NCBI GenBank assembly: GCA_964489875.1
Contig: CAZAZW010000002.1
Coordinates: 134,792-192,702, forward strand
Source of the DNA: an uncultured Gammaproteobacteria bacterium
GTDB lineage: Bacteria > Patescibacteriota > Microgenomatia > Daviesbacterales > UBA10151
Length of the DNA: 57,911 nt
Direction of reading: 5' to 3'
Part shown: piece after piece, positions 19,707 to 28,236 of the stretch
Position numbering within the stretch: position 1 is the first letter of the stretch
How the letters are laid out: every line of letters starts with the position of its first letter
The notes under the pieces: generated by a model
The model's input: the letters and a program-made list of their open reading frames with translations, nothing else
Database searches by the model: none
What the model was told of the DNA's origin: nothing
Program-made: the position numbers and the translations under genes

Positions 19707-20897
19707 ATGAATAACATTAACCACCTTTACCTTCAACTGCTTAAGGAAAACCGTAGGACAACTAACGGCTTCCAATATACTATACCCTCATCTGATACTT
19801 ATCCTTACCAGTGGCTTTGGGATTCCTGTTTCCATGCCATAATTTTATCCCATTCAAAAATTAGTGATGCCAAAAAAGAAATTTTGGCTCTTTTATCAAA
19901 ACAGCTGCAAAACGGCATGATCCCTCATATGATTTACTGGGAAGACGGTAAAAAGACTGATTTTCCGCATATTAAGTGGGGGACGGACGGAACCAGCAGT
20001 ATTACCCAACCGCCAATGATAGCCTATGCCGTTTGGGTAATTTATCAAAAAGACAAAGATAAATCATTTATACAAAAAGTCTATCCGCATCTTTATCACT
20101 TCTATCGATACCTGATAACAGACCGCGACCCTCATGAAAATCAATTAATCGGAATTATGAACCCGGATGAGTCAGGTGAAGATAACTCTCCCAGGTTTGA
20201 TATTCCTTTGGGGCTGCCTCCGGTGCATTCCCTAAAGGAAAACACTAAAAGAAGATTCGGTTTGGTGGCCCAAAATATTGAATGCAATTTTGATGCGCCC
20301 TTTTGCATGAGGAATTTCTTTTGGGTTAAAGATGTTCCGTTCAATGTCATAATGGTAGAAAATTTAAGGTTACTGGCTAAAATTGCCAGTAGTTTAGGCT
20401 ACAGTGAGGATGCGGATTTTTTCATTAGTGAGGCAGAAAATATAATTTCTGCCATGAAAAAATTAATGCTGGAAGATGGTCTATTTTGGTCTACTTATGG
20501 AAGAAACTATGAAAAAATTAAGATTAAAACCTGGGCCATTTTCGCACCCATGTTTGCTAAAATCCCTACCAAAAAGGAGGCAGAAAACTTAGTCAAAAAA
20601 CATCTGCTAAACAAAGATGAATTCTGGACAAAATTTCCGGTTCCGACGGTTTCAATAAAAGAGCCTTCTTTTGATCCCAAAGGTTATTGGAGAGGGCCAA
20701 CCTGGATAGCCACAAATTGGTTTATCTATAAGGGGTTATTAAACTATGGATTTAAAGATGTGGCAGAAGAAATCAAAAAATCTTCTTTAAACCTGATCCA
20801 AAAATCAGGGTTCCGTGAGTACTTCAATCCTCAAACAGGAGAAGGATTAGGAGCAAAGAATTTTACCTGGGGCGGATTGATACTTGATATGCTCTAA
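19707..20897 (+). CDS. GH63/trehalase-like (alpha/alpha)6 glycoside hydrolase (MGH-like)
   Basis: YPYQWLWDSCF, QPP, ESGEDNSPRFD, YWRGPTW, FREYF. Confidence 0.85.
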   Translation: MNNINHLYLQLLKENRRTTNGFQYTIPSSDTYPYQWLWDSCFHAIILSHSKISDAKKEILALLSKQLQNGMIPHMIYWEDGKKTDFPHIKWGTDGTSSITQPPMIAYAVWVIYQKDKDKSFIQKVYPHLYHFYRYLITDRDPHENQLIGIMNPDESGEDNSPRFDIPLGLPPVHSLKENTKRRFGLVAQNIECNFDAPFCMRNFFWVKDVPFNVIMVENLRLLAKIASSLGYSEDADFFISEAENIISAMKKLMLEDGLFWSTYGRNYEKIKIKTWAIFAPMFAKIPTKKEAENLVKKHLLNKDEFWTKFPVPTVSIKEPSFDPKGYWRGPTWIATNWFIYKGLLNYGFKDVAEEIKKSSLNLIQKSGFREYFNPQTGEGLGAKNFTWGGLILDML

Positions 20898-20903
20898 AAA
20901 ACC

Positions 20904-20934
20904 AAAAAGATCCGCCTTGTAAGCAGATCTTTTT
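20904..20934. terminator. Bidirectional intrinsic terminator
   Basis: aaaaagatccgc-cttgtaa-gcagatcttttt. Confidence 0.75.
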
Positions 20935-21056
20935 GTGAAGCACGTCTGTTTTTACCATCTGCACTTCTTAGAACCACTAACTACTATCCCTTCAAAGACC
21001 AGTCTCTAGAAACTGAGTTCTTTGTCGTTAAGTCCCCACCTATGCATCGGCCGGAC
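20935..21056 (-). ncRNA. Candidate structured ncRNA (long imperfect hairpin, possibly 6S-like)
   Basis: Minus-strand TTGACA-17-TATGGT promoter (21091-21063), no meaningful ORF, nested complementarity, terminator downstream. Confidence 0.45.
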
Positions 21057-21077
21057 AATTTAACCATAATAATTTTT

Positions 21078-21347
21078 TCAACCTTTGTCAATAGTTTGGT
21101 TTATTATGGCAAGTCTTTTTTGAGCTATCATTGAAATTACGATCATAAATCCAAGATACAAAGTTCCGCTTACACACGCTTGCCCCAAATCTACAGGACG
21201 AATAAACAACATAATAAGGCCGCTTAATATAGTCCCGAGAGTTAGGAAATATGTAATGAGAAGTTTAATTTTGGAGGGATAAAAGGCAGTATAAGAAACA
21301 AAGATGATGCTTATAAAAGCAAATGCGATATGGGTTACTAAAATCAT
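21078..21347 (-). CDS. Small membrane protein
   Basis: Three hydrophobic segments. Confidence 0.65.
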   Translation of the reverse strand: MILVTHIAFAFISIIFVSYTAFYPSKIKLLITYFLTLGTILSGLIMLFIRPVDLGQACVSGTLYLGFMIVISMIAQKRLAIINQTIDKG

Positions 21348-21364
21348 ATATCAATCATACCATT

Positions 21365-21440
21365 TGGCTGCCGGGCTAGGATTCGAACCTAGAAATCATC
21401 TGTTCCAAAGACAGAGGTCCTACCATTAGACGACCCGGCA
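21365..21440 (-). tRNA. tRNA-Gln(TTG)
   Basis: Cloverleaf; anticodon loop CTTTGGA; TTCGAAT T-loop; encoded CCA. Confidence 0.95.
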
Positions 21441-21472
21441 ATATTTTCACGAAAATTTAAATACTAAAATTA

Positions 21473-21721
21473 TCAAGCTACGTAGACTTCCGTACCCGGT
21501 TTGGTGGGTTTGTCAACCTTTAAGCCAAATGAATCTCCCTTTTTGACCGAATCCACACTTTCGTGATCTACCTGCAAGCTTTCAACCTTTTGGGTAAACT
21601 CGCTGTCACCTTTTTTAAACTTAACTTCCTGACCCACCTTTATTCCGCCGGATTGTAAATCCACAATAGCCACGCCTAACTTATCATAGAAATGCACAAC
21701 TTTACCTATTGGTTTGTCCAA
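21473..21721 (-). CDS. Translation-factor-like beta-barrel protein (EF-Tu domain II / U32 C-terminal-like)
   Basis: IGKVVHFYDKLGVA...QKVESLQ...GDSFGLKV. Confidence 0.7.
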   Translation of the reverse strand: MDKPIGKVVHFYDKLGVAIVDLQSGGIKVGQEVKFKKGDSEFTQKVESLQVDHESVDSVKKGDSFGLKVDKPTKPGTEVYVA

Positions 21722-21843
21722 AAATGATCACCTCCCGTCCGTCCTACCCCAATATTATACCTTAAATAGTCGAGGTATTGACACTTACCAAAAAGTATGC
21801 CAACAATGGAAGTAGAGTCTTCTCAAAAGGGGGTGATTAACAC

Positions 21844-22038
21844 ATGGACACAAAAACTTTGGTAGGTTGGGTAGTGGTTATTGGTGCTTTAAACTGGGGA
21901 TTGGTAGGACTATTGAATTTGAATATCGTTGAGTCAGTCTTAGGAGCGGGTTCACTACTCACCAAGATTGTCTATATATTAGTCGGTCTGGCTGGAGCTT
22001 TCATGGCATACGCCATGGTTGGCGGGAAGAAAAAATAG
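21844..22038 (+). CDS. DUF378-family membrane protein
   Basis: IGALNWGLVG...IVYILVGLAG; GGGGGTGA RBS. Confidence 0.85.
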   Translation: MDTKTLVGWVVVIGALNWGLVGLLNLNIVESVLGAGSLLTKIVYILVGLAGAFMAYAMVGGKKK

Positions 22039-22067
22039 TCTCTTCTTAAAAAGTTGGTAATTATTTT

Positions 22068-22098
22068 AAATCCGGTCGCGAAAACGGCCGGATTTTTT
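22068..22098. terminator. Intrinsic terminator just outside the element's left end
   Basis: aaatccggtcg-cgaaaa-cggccggatttttt. Confidence 0.75.
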
Positions 22099-22099
22099 G

Positions 22100-22113
22100 T
22101 GGAGCGGGAGACG
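22100..22113 (+). repeat. Left att site TGGAGCGGGAGACG
   Basis: Exact copy of 45370-45383. Confidence 0.9.
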
Positions 22114-22201
22114 CATTTTATCTGGAACCGCTTATCCCTCAAATTCTAAGTAATTTTACCAGCTTGATGGAAGCATATCAAGCTGAGGAGGAAGACAAAA
22201 T

Positions 22202-22654
22202 ATGAGCTCAGCCCTGCTCAACTCCCAGCTTCATGATGAAAAGACGTTTTATCAAACGTTCTTGCGCGACTTAGAAAGCTGTACAAATGAAGTAATCATT
22301 GAAAGTCCCTACATTACTACTGAAAGAATGAAAACGTTTGATCGTATAGTTAAAAAACTTCTTAAAAACAAAGTAAAAATATACATAATTACCCGTGATC
22401 CAAAGGAACATGAACTAGGTATGGAGATACAATCAGAAGACGCTATACAGTGGTGTGAGACCCTAGGAATACAGGTTCTACTTTGCACAGGCAATCATCA
22501 CAGAAAACTGGCTATTTTGGACAGGAAAATCCTTTGGGAGGGAAGCCTGAATATTTTATCCCAAACATGGAGTAGAGAAATAATGAGAAGGATTGAAGGG
22601 CAGGAACTGGCTTTACAGATGTTTAACTTCCTAAAATTCGAAAAATTCCTCTGA
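22202..22654 (+). CDS. Phospholipase D-family (single HKD) nuclease-like protein
   Basis: HRKLAILD...GSLN; IIESPYI. Confidence 0.85.
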   Translation: MSSALLNSQLHDEKTFYQTFLRDLESCTNEVIIESPYITTERMKTFDRIVKKLLKNKVKIYIITRDPKEHELGMEIQSEDAIQWCETLGIQVLLCTGNHHRKLAILDRKILWEGSLNILSQTWSREIMRRIEGQELALQMFNFLKFEKFL

Positions 22655-22675
22655 ATTTGCTATAGTCAGGTTAGA

Positions 22676-22939
22676 ATGAGTGATAATAGTAACAATCCCG
22701 TGGATTTATTGCCCTGGGATGACATACAAAACGTCAGCCAGGAAGAGCTATTTGGGGAAAAGTTCGGAAAAATCCATAAGAATATATATAAATTTGCAGC
22801 CAATGATAAAAACCGTCAGGCCTTGATCGAATCTGCATTAAAAAGTTTAAGAAAAACCAATCCTAATGCTTCTTATGGACAGGCTGCGTTACTTGCGGAT
22901 ATCATGCAGACTTTTGCTAAGAAAATGTTAGAAGGGTAA
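22676..22939 (+). CDS. Hypothetical protein
   Basis: 87-aa ORF after the PLD gene. Confidence 0.6.
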   Translation: MSDNSNNPVDLLPWDDIQNVSQEELFGEKFGKIHKNIYKFAANDKNRQALIESALKSLRKTNPNASYGQAALLADIMQTFAKKMLEG

Positions 22940-23134
22940 TATCTCCGAGGATTTAACATCAAAGGCTTTAGCGATTTTTTCTATTATCGGTATTCTGGCA
23001 TTTACCTCTCCTCTTTCAACCCTGGCAAAGTAATTGAAATGGATCCCAGCTTTTTTAGCCACCTCAGCCTGTGTTAAATCTTTTTTCTCTCTTATTGCTT
23101 TGATTTTTTTACCAATATCTTCTTTTGTACCCAT
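22928..23134 (-). CDS. XRE/Cro-C1 HTH regulator
   Basis: IRxKKDLTQAEVAKKAGI...ARVERG...KIAKAFDV. Confidence 0.92.
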   Translation of the reverse strand: MGTKEDIGKKIKAIREKKDLTQAEVAKKAGIHFNYFARVERGEVNARIPIIEKIAKAFDVKSSEILPF

Positions 23135-23154
23135 ACAGAAGAATTATACAACTT

Positions 23155-23166
23155 TTCGAGATAGTT
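23155..23166 (-). promoter_or_regulatory. Putative operator AACTATCTCGAA (copy 1, XRE promoter)
   Basis: Identical 12-mer at 43443-43454; both lie just upstream of a TATAAT box. Confidence 0.55.
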
Positions 23167-23214
23167 TGCTCCCCAGTATCTTATAAACTCCCTTTTTGCT
23201 AAAATTGAACCAAA

Positions 23215-23874
23215 ATGGAAGCTACACCTTCAGCTTTTATGACAATTCTTAATACTTCAGCATCAATCTTAAAGGATTATGGTGCATTAATAGGTGCTTT
23301 AATTGCCTCTTCAATAGCTCTATTTCTTGGAGGAGGTGGCGGTAATTGGATAAAAGCATGGTTTTCAAAACCTACATTAAGAATATTATCATTAAAAGGA
23401 TTACATCACACCCATGAACTTGATGTTTGGAGGTTATTAATAAAAAATGAAGGAAAGGCTATAGCAAAAAATGTTCAAGTAGAAGTTATAGAAATAACAG
23501 ATGATGGTAATAAAAAAAGAGAAAATTTTCTGCCACTTCCACTAAGATGGACTCATCTAGATACAGAAGCTAGAGATATTCTTCCAGGCCAAACTGCCTA
23601 CCTTGATATTTTCGAACATATAAGCAGAGGGAAACAGCTGACAAATATGGAATGTTATCTTAGATTTGGTTCTCGATTTGCTGCTCAAATAGCAGATTTT
23701 TGCTTCCTTAAGCCAGGTGAATCTAAAATTAAGATACGCTTACTTCACGATGAAGGAAGTCCTCAAGATATAAAAATCTTTACCAATTGGGATGGTACAT
23801 TACTTTTTGATTCTAAAATAGAAGGTGGAAAATGGGTCTGGGGAAAGCAAGAGAAGTATCAAGCCTCCACTTAA
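23215..23874 (+). CDS. Hypothetical protein with N-terminal TM and beta-rich (Ig-like?) domain
   Basis: AT-rich cargo ORF; IKNEGKAIAKNVQV motif. Confidence 0.65.
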   Translation: MEATPSAFMTILNTSASILKDYGALIGALIASSIALFLGGGGGNWIKAWFSKPTLRILSLKGLHHTHELDVWRLLIKNEGKAIAKNVQVEVIEITDDGNKKRENFLPLPLRWTHLDTEARDILPGQTAYLDIFEHISRGKQLTNMECYLRFGSRFAAQIADFCFLKPGESKIKIRLLHDEGSPQDIKIFTNWDGTLLFDSKIEGGKWVWGKQEKYQAST

Positions 23875-23881
23875 GGATACT

Positions 23882-24331
23882 ATGGATGAATTAACTAAAA
23901 TTTTTTTGACTTCTGCTTTAACAATTATAGGAGGAATTATTATCTATGTGGTAGGTCAAATTCTCTCCAAGTTTTTTATTGATCCCATTCATAAACAAGG
24001 AGAGATAATTGGCGAAATATCAGATACATTGGTTTATTATGCAAGAGAGTATTTAAGTCCAGGAAGGCTTCAAAGAGAAATGTTAGATCAAGCTCATGAT
24101 AGATTGCGTAAATTAGCGTCACTACTAAAAGCTCGATCTTATATGGTGAAATGGTATAGTCTATTTGTGTTTCTAGGATGGGTACCTAAATTAAAGTCTA
24201 TTGAAGAAGCATCAACTCATCTTATTAGTTTATCAAATTCTGTTTATCGAGATTCCTCTAGTAGTGGAATCAGAAATGCTGACAGTGCAAATAAGGTTAG
24301 AGGATTGCTAGGTATTCCGGAGACAGATTGA
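23882..24331 (+). CDS. Hypothetical membrane protein
   Basis: N-terminal TM; AAGGA RBS before ATG. Confidence 0.65.
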   Translation: MDELTKIFLTSALTIIGGIIIYVVGQILSKFFIDPIHKQGEIIGEISDTLVYYAREYLSPGRLQREMLDQAHDRLRKLASLLKARSYMVKWYSLFVFLGWVPKLKSIEEASTHLISLSNSVYRDSSSSGIRNADSANKVRGLLGIPETD

Positions 24332-24466
24332 ATGATTAATCCTTTTAAGTAAGAGGAAAAGAAACCATATACTTACTCTTCAATCGAGATGAGAAAATCA
24401 TCCAGTAAACCCATCTTCTGGACAGTGGGATTTGTTCTATTAACTGTTCTCTTGTTATTTTTTATC

Positions 24467-26920
24467 CTAAGCAATTCCATTTAATAATAACTCCAGTTTG
24501 CTCCAATCATTGCTGACTCTAAAAAGCCAGTTTACACCTTTTCTTTTGCCAGCTGAGGTTAACCATTTAAAAAATGTTTTAGCAATTTCTGGGCCATGCT
24601 CAAGAACTTTATTTGAATTATTCATTATCCATTCAGCGATATTTACTAAAAGCGTATCTTCTATAAGAATAACTTTGCAGTTTGAAGGTTTCTCAGGAAT
24701 ATTCTGAAGCTTGGTTACAACATTATTAAATCCAACAGGGTCACTAAAGTTAGAGATGAAAGAGTAAATGCGTAATTTTCCTAGAGATTTAGGCTCCTCG
24801 TTTTCTTTCAACCACTTAACATACCCTCTCTGTTTCCTATAATCTTTGGTGGATAGATTGTAGTTTGTACTGAAACTATATTTTGCATCCCACCCGAAAA
24901 CTCGATAATTCTTTTCCCTTCCAATACGATAACCACAATATCCATCTGGAACTGAAATGCCTTTAAAGTTTGAGCCTAGCCTAACTACATTAGGAACCAA
25001 AGCTTGAAATATGTTTTTAATATCTATTTCAAATAAATCCTCATCATATCCTGTGGCTTTATTTTTTATAGCATTAGTTGACTCCTTAAGTCTCTGGTAA
25101 ATTCTTTGTAAAGCACTTTGCTCTTGAGAAATAATTGACTCATTGAATAAACTAATCAATTCATTAGTGCTGCCTTCCAAATTCATCAGAAGCTCAGTTG
25201 TCACTTCAGTTAAGGCTAAACAGTTAATTCCTTGAGCTTCAAGTTCGTCTTTCTTCCCTGAAAAGTGAGTATCGTTTAATGTTATTAACCCATATCCTTC
25301 CCGGGCTAATGCTTCGCAAAAGGATAAATCTTTTTTCTCTAATAAGGGAATAATATAAATAGCTAAGTTTGTCTTTTTGTTAGTCAATCTGATTACCCAT
25401 TTTTTGTATCTACTTCGCTGGACCTTTTGTTTAAGGATTTCATAATCAGTAAGGTTAGATGCAAATTTAGTTGCTAGCTCTTTTAAAAAAGAAGTGTCAT
25501 TAATTTTAATTGATAGTCCTTCTCCCATTACAATCATATCCCTTCCGCACGTTCCGCAGGTCAAATTTAACCAAGAATAGGTATGACAATTCCAATCTTC
25601 GCATCTTCTCTTGGTTACCTTTTTTTGCTTCTTTATCAATTTGTGGCGTAACAATTTAACCAGAATCTCATCTGCTTGTTTAGGAATAGCGGGATCAACG
25701 CTTATTGCTTTATCAAATAAAAATTTTTCTATAATCTCGGGAGGAGTCATCTGTCTGATAACAAATCTTGTCTCTTTAATTTCCGCTCCAACAACAGCCT
25801 TTAGTTTTTCTAAAAAATCCGTTTCTAGCGCTATAGATTTTCCTCTAGTATTTGTATTAATAGTTATTCTTTCCCACTCATCTCTTCCATAAGAGTAAAT
25901 TCCTATTTTTGATCCATTCAGGCGGTAGGTTATATTATTTACGCTTGTTACCCCCTCGTTTTCCCAATAGCTTTTTAGCTGTTCTAAAGCTTCAGATATC
26001 GGCTGATCGTTAGTACCCTCAATCCTTATTAATGGGGATTTCGCTAACTGAATATTTTTAAAAGTTATGCCAAACAAATCTAATCCATGATCTTGCTCGT
26101 TTACATTTACTAATTTATTCAGCAGAACTTTATCATCAAGCGCTACATCTGTTCTGGGCGAGAAAATAGAGTCTGGATAAATCTCCTTCTTAATAAATCT
26201 ATGAACTTCTGATACTTCTCTCATGGACTTTGAAACATACCCAATTTTCTTATTTGTTAAGTCTAAGACTAGGGTTGTGTATGCAATTCTCTGGGCCTCT
26301 AATGCTTGGTCTTCTGTTGGTATCATCTCTACCCCTATGGGTTTAGATATTAATAAAACAAATAAATCTGTTGTTTCTAGCTTATATCTAATTTCTCTCC
26401 GAGTTCTGAGTCGGTGATGAAGAATATTGCACAATCTTTTTGACTTTCTGTTAATTTTGTCAATAAGTTGTGCTGATGTTAGATCAGAATTTATCTTCAA
26501 CCAAGTTGTTGGACTACCTTTTATCCGATATTTACAGTAGGTAAAAATATCTTCGGGGAGCTTTTGGTTGGTAAATAGATCTTCTGCGATATGCAAATAG
26601 ATTTGGATCTCAAGTCTTCGGTCAGTTTGAGTTAACTGCAAATACTCTTTTACAACACTGAGTCTATTATTCTCAATAAACCTTTTTATTAAAACTAATC
26701 GTAGTAGAATGATATCATACGTCTGGGAATTATCGTTCCAATATCTATCTGTATGAATTAAACCCACTAAAATTTGCTTGTCAGCTTCAGAAAAAGTATT
26801 AAAAAACGCATATAAACCTGACAAGTATTTTTGAGATTGAGACTGTTTTTTTCCAATACTTGTTTCTAGGTTCCACCATTTATGAAGTTCATCTCTTTGT
26901 AGCAGTGTCTCGTGAATCAT
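24467..26920 (-). CDS. Large protein with Zn ribbon and C-terminal PD-(D/E)xK nuclease-like domain (candidate defence protein)
   Basis: CxxxxC...CxxC; FEIDIKNIF...VPDGY...GWDAK. Confidence 0.6.
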   Translation of the reverse strand: MIHETLLQRDELHKWWNLETSIGKKQSQSQKYLSGLYAFFNTFSEADKQILVGLIHTDRYWNDNSQTYDIILLRLVLIKRFIENNRLSVVKEYLQLTQTDRRLEIQIYLHIAEDLFTNQKLPEDIFTYCKYRIKGSPTTWLKINSDLTSAQLIDKINRKSKRLCNILHHRLRTRREIRYKLETTDLFVLLISKPIGVEMIPTEDQALEAQRIAYTTLVLDLTNKKIGYVSKSMREVSEVHRFIKKEIYPDSIFSPRTDVALDDKVLLNKLVNVNEQDHGLDLFGITFKNIQLAKSPLIRIEGTNDQPISEALEQLKSYWENEGVTSVNNITYRLNGSKIGIYSYGRDEWERITINTNTRGKSIALETDFLEKLKAVVGAEIKETRFVIRQMTPPEIIEKFLFDKAISVDPAIPKQADEILVKLLRHKLIKKQKKVTKRRCEDWNCHTYSWLNLTCGTCGRDMIVMGEGLSIKINDTSFLKELATKFASNLTDYEILKQKVQRSRYKKWVIRLTNKKTNLAIYIIPLLEKKDLSFCEALAREGYGLITLNDTHFSGKKDELEAQGINCLALTEVTTELLMNLEGSTNELISLFNESIISQEQSALQRIYQRLKESTNAIKNKATGYDEDLFEIDIKNIFQALVPNVVRLGSNFKGISVPDGYCGYRIGREKNYRVFGWDAKYSFSTNYNLSTKDYRKQRGYVKWLKENEEPKSLGKLRIYSFISNFSDPVGFNNVVTKLQNIPEKPSNCKVILIEDTLLVNIAEWIMNNSNKVLEHGPEIAKTFFKWLTSAGKRKGVNWLFRVSNDWSKLELLLNGIA

Positions 26921-26953
26921 TTTTTGCTGCTCGTATTATACTCCAGATAGAAC

Positions 26954-27577
26954 TCATATGCTTGGGCTTCCAGAGCCTAAAAACGTTCTTGGATTTACCG
27001 GAATTCCATAAACCCTAACTTCAAAATGTAAATGGGGGCCGGTTGACCAGCCTGTTGAGCCCATTCTGCCTATGACTTGTTTTGTGGAGGTTATCTCTTG
27101 CCCTTTTACTACAAATATTTTATCAAGATGGGCATATACCGACGTGATGTTATTACCATGATCAATAATAATATTCTTGCCGTATCCCCAGAATATTTCA
27201 CCTGCATAGATAACTTTACCGGGTAAAAACGGGTTTACAGGATCACCAATCTTTCCCTGTGCATTGGCTATATCAATCCCTGTATGAAAAATCTGGAAAC
27301 CGCTGCTTTGTGCAAACTCCAAAGTTATGACTCCTGTTGCAGGCCAGGCAGCTTTTACCTCTACCTGGGTAGCTTCACCTGTTGTGGGGTCATGTATTTC
27401 TACATTTTGGGTAGTCTCATTAACTGTTACCAGTTTATCGGAGATGATATCAAGCCCGATTTGAGTTAACAGGATTATGGCAATGATCGGTATTAAGATG
27501 GCTATGCCAAAAGCCAATAAAACAAACTTTAACTCTTTTCTAAAGGAGAATATGAGGTAAAAAAATTTTGGATTCAT
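26954..27577 (-). CDS. M23 peptidase (conjugation-associated cell-wall hydrolase)
   Basis: HTGID, YAHL, STGPHLHFE. Confidence 0.92.
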   Translation of the reverse strand: MNPKFFYLIFSFRKELKFVLLAFGIAILIPIIAIILLTQIGLDIISDKLVTVNETTQNVEIHDPTTGEATQVEVKAAWPATGVITLEFAQSSGFQIFHTGIDIANAQGKIGDPVNPFLPGKVIYAGEIFWGYGKNIIIDHGNNITSVYAHLDKIFVVKGQEITSTKQVIGRMGSTGWSTGPHLHFEVRVYGIPVNPRTFLGSGSPSI

Positions 27578-27615
27578 CTGCTTCTTGGGCAGATGGGAAC
27601 ATTATATCGCAAGTT

Positions 27616-28158
27616 CTACCTCAACAGTGAAACTCTTCTAATAATCATCTCCGCTTCTCCTGGAACACCAAAATTAGCATTTGGGTATATGATAGCCCCT
27701 CGAATGGGTGACACATCCTCACCTGTAGGATTACAAACTCCAAAGATAATGGTTTCATAGTTTGCCAGATGTTTTTCCACTAATCTTTGGATAGGGATTC
27801 GAATTCCTCTTTCAACGTGAGCATACCAACCTTTCTTGGGATGAGTATTCCCGTGAGCAGATAAAACAGCAACTTTTGTAGTTGTAAGCAAATCCCTGAC
27901 TTCTTGTGGAATATCCCCTCCTACCCAGCCTCGATTTAAAACATCTTCTAATGCCTCATCTGCAAACTCTTCGTCAGTGGGCCACTGGGGACGAAACCTG
28001 GGGACTATTTGTGCATAATCTGCCTCCAGGCTACCAAACATTTCTCGGCTTAGAAAGATATCGGCTTTTAGTGATCTGTCTTTCGGGTAAGATGCCTCCG
28101 AATACTTAATTATTCTTGCCCTGTCAAATCTCACAACTTCAAAACCTTGTTCGATCAT
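27616..28158 (-). CDS. Hypothetical protein with caspase/CHAT-like His-Cys spacing
   Basis: VAVLSAHG ... IIFGVCNP; near-leaderless start. Confidence 0.55.
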   Translation of the reverse strand: MIEQGFEVVRFDRARIIKYSEASYPKDRSLKADIFLSREMFGSLEADYAQIVPRFRPQWPTDEEFADEALEDVLNRGWVGGDIPQEVRDLLTTTKVAVLSAHGNTHPKKGWYAHVERGIRIPIQRLVEKHLANYETIIFGVCNPTGEDVSPIRGAIIYPNANFGVPGEAEMIIRRVSLLR

Positions 28159-28236
28159 GCCGGTGATTATACGAGGGATAAGAAAGTAAGTCAAAACTAA
28201 AAGTCGTTCTTGCCAACTGTATACTTAACAAAATTT

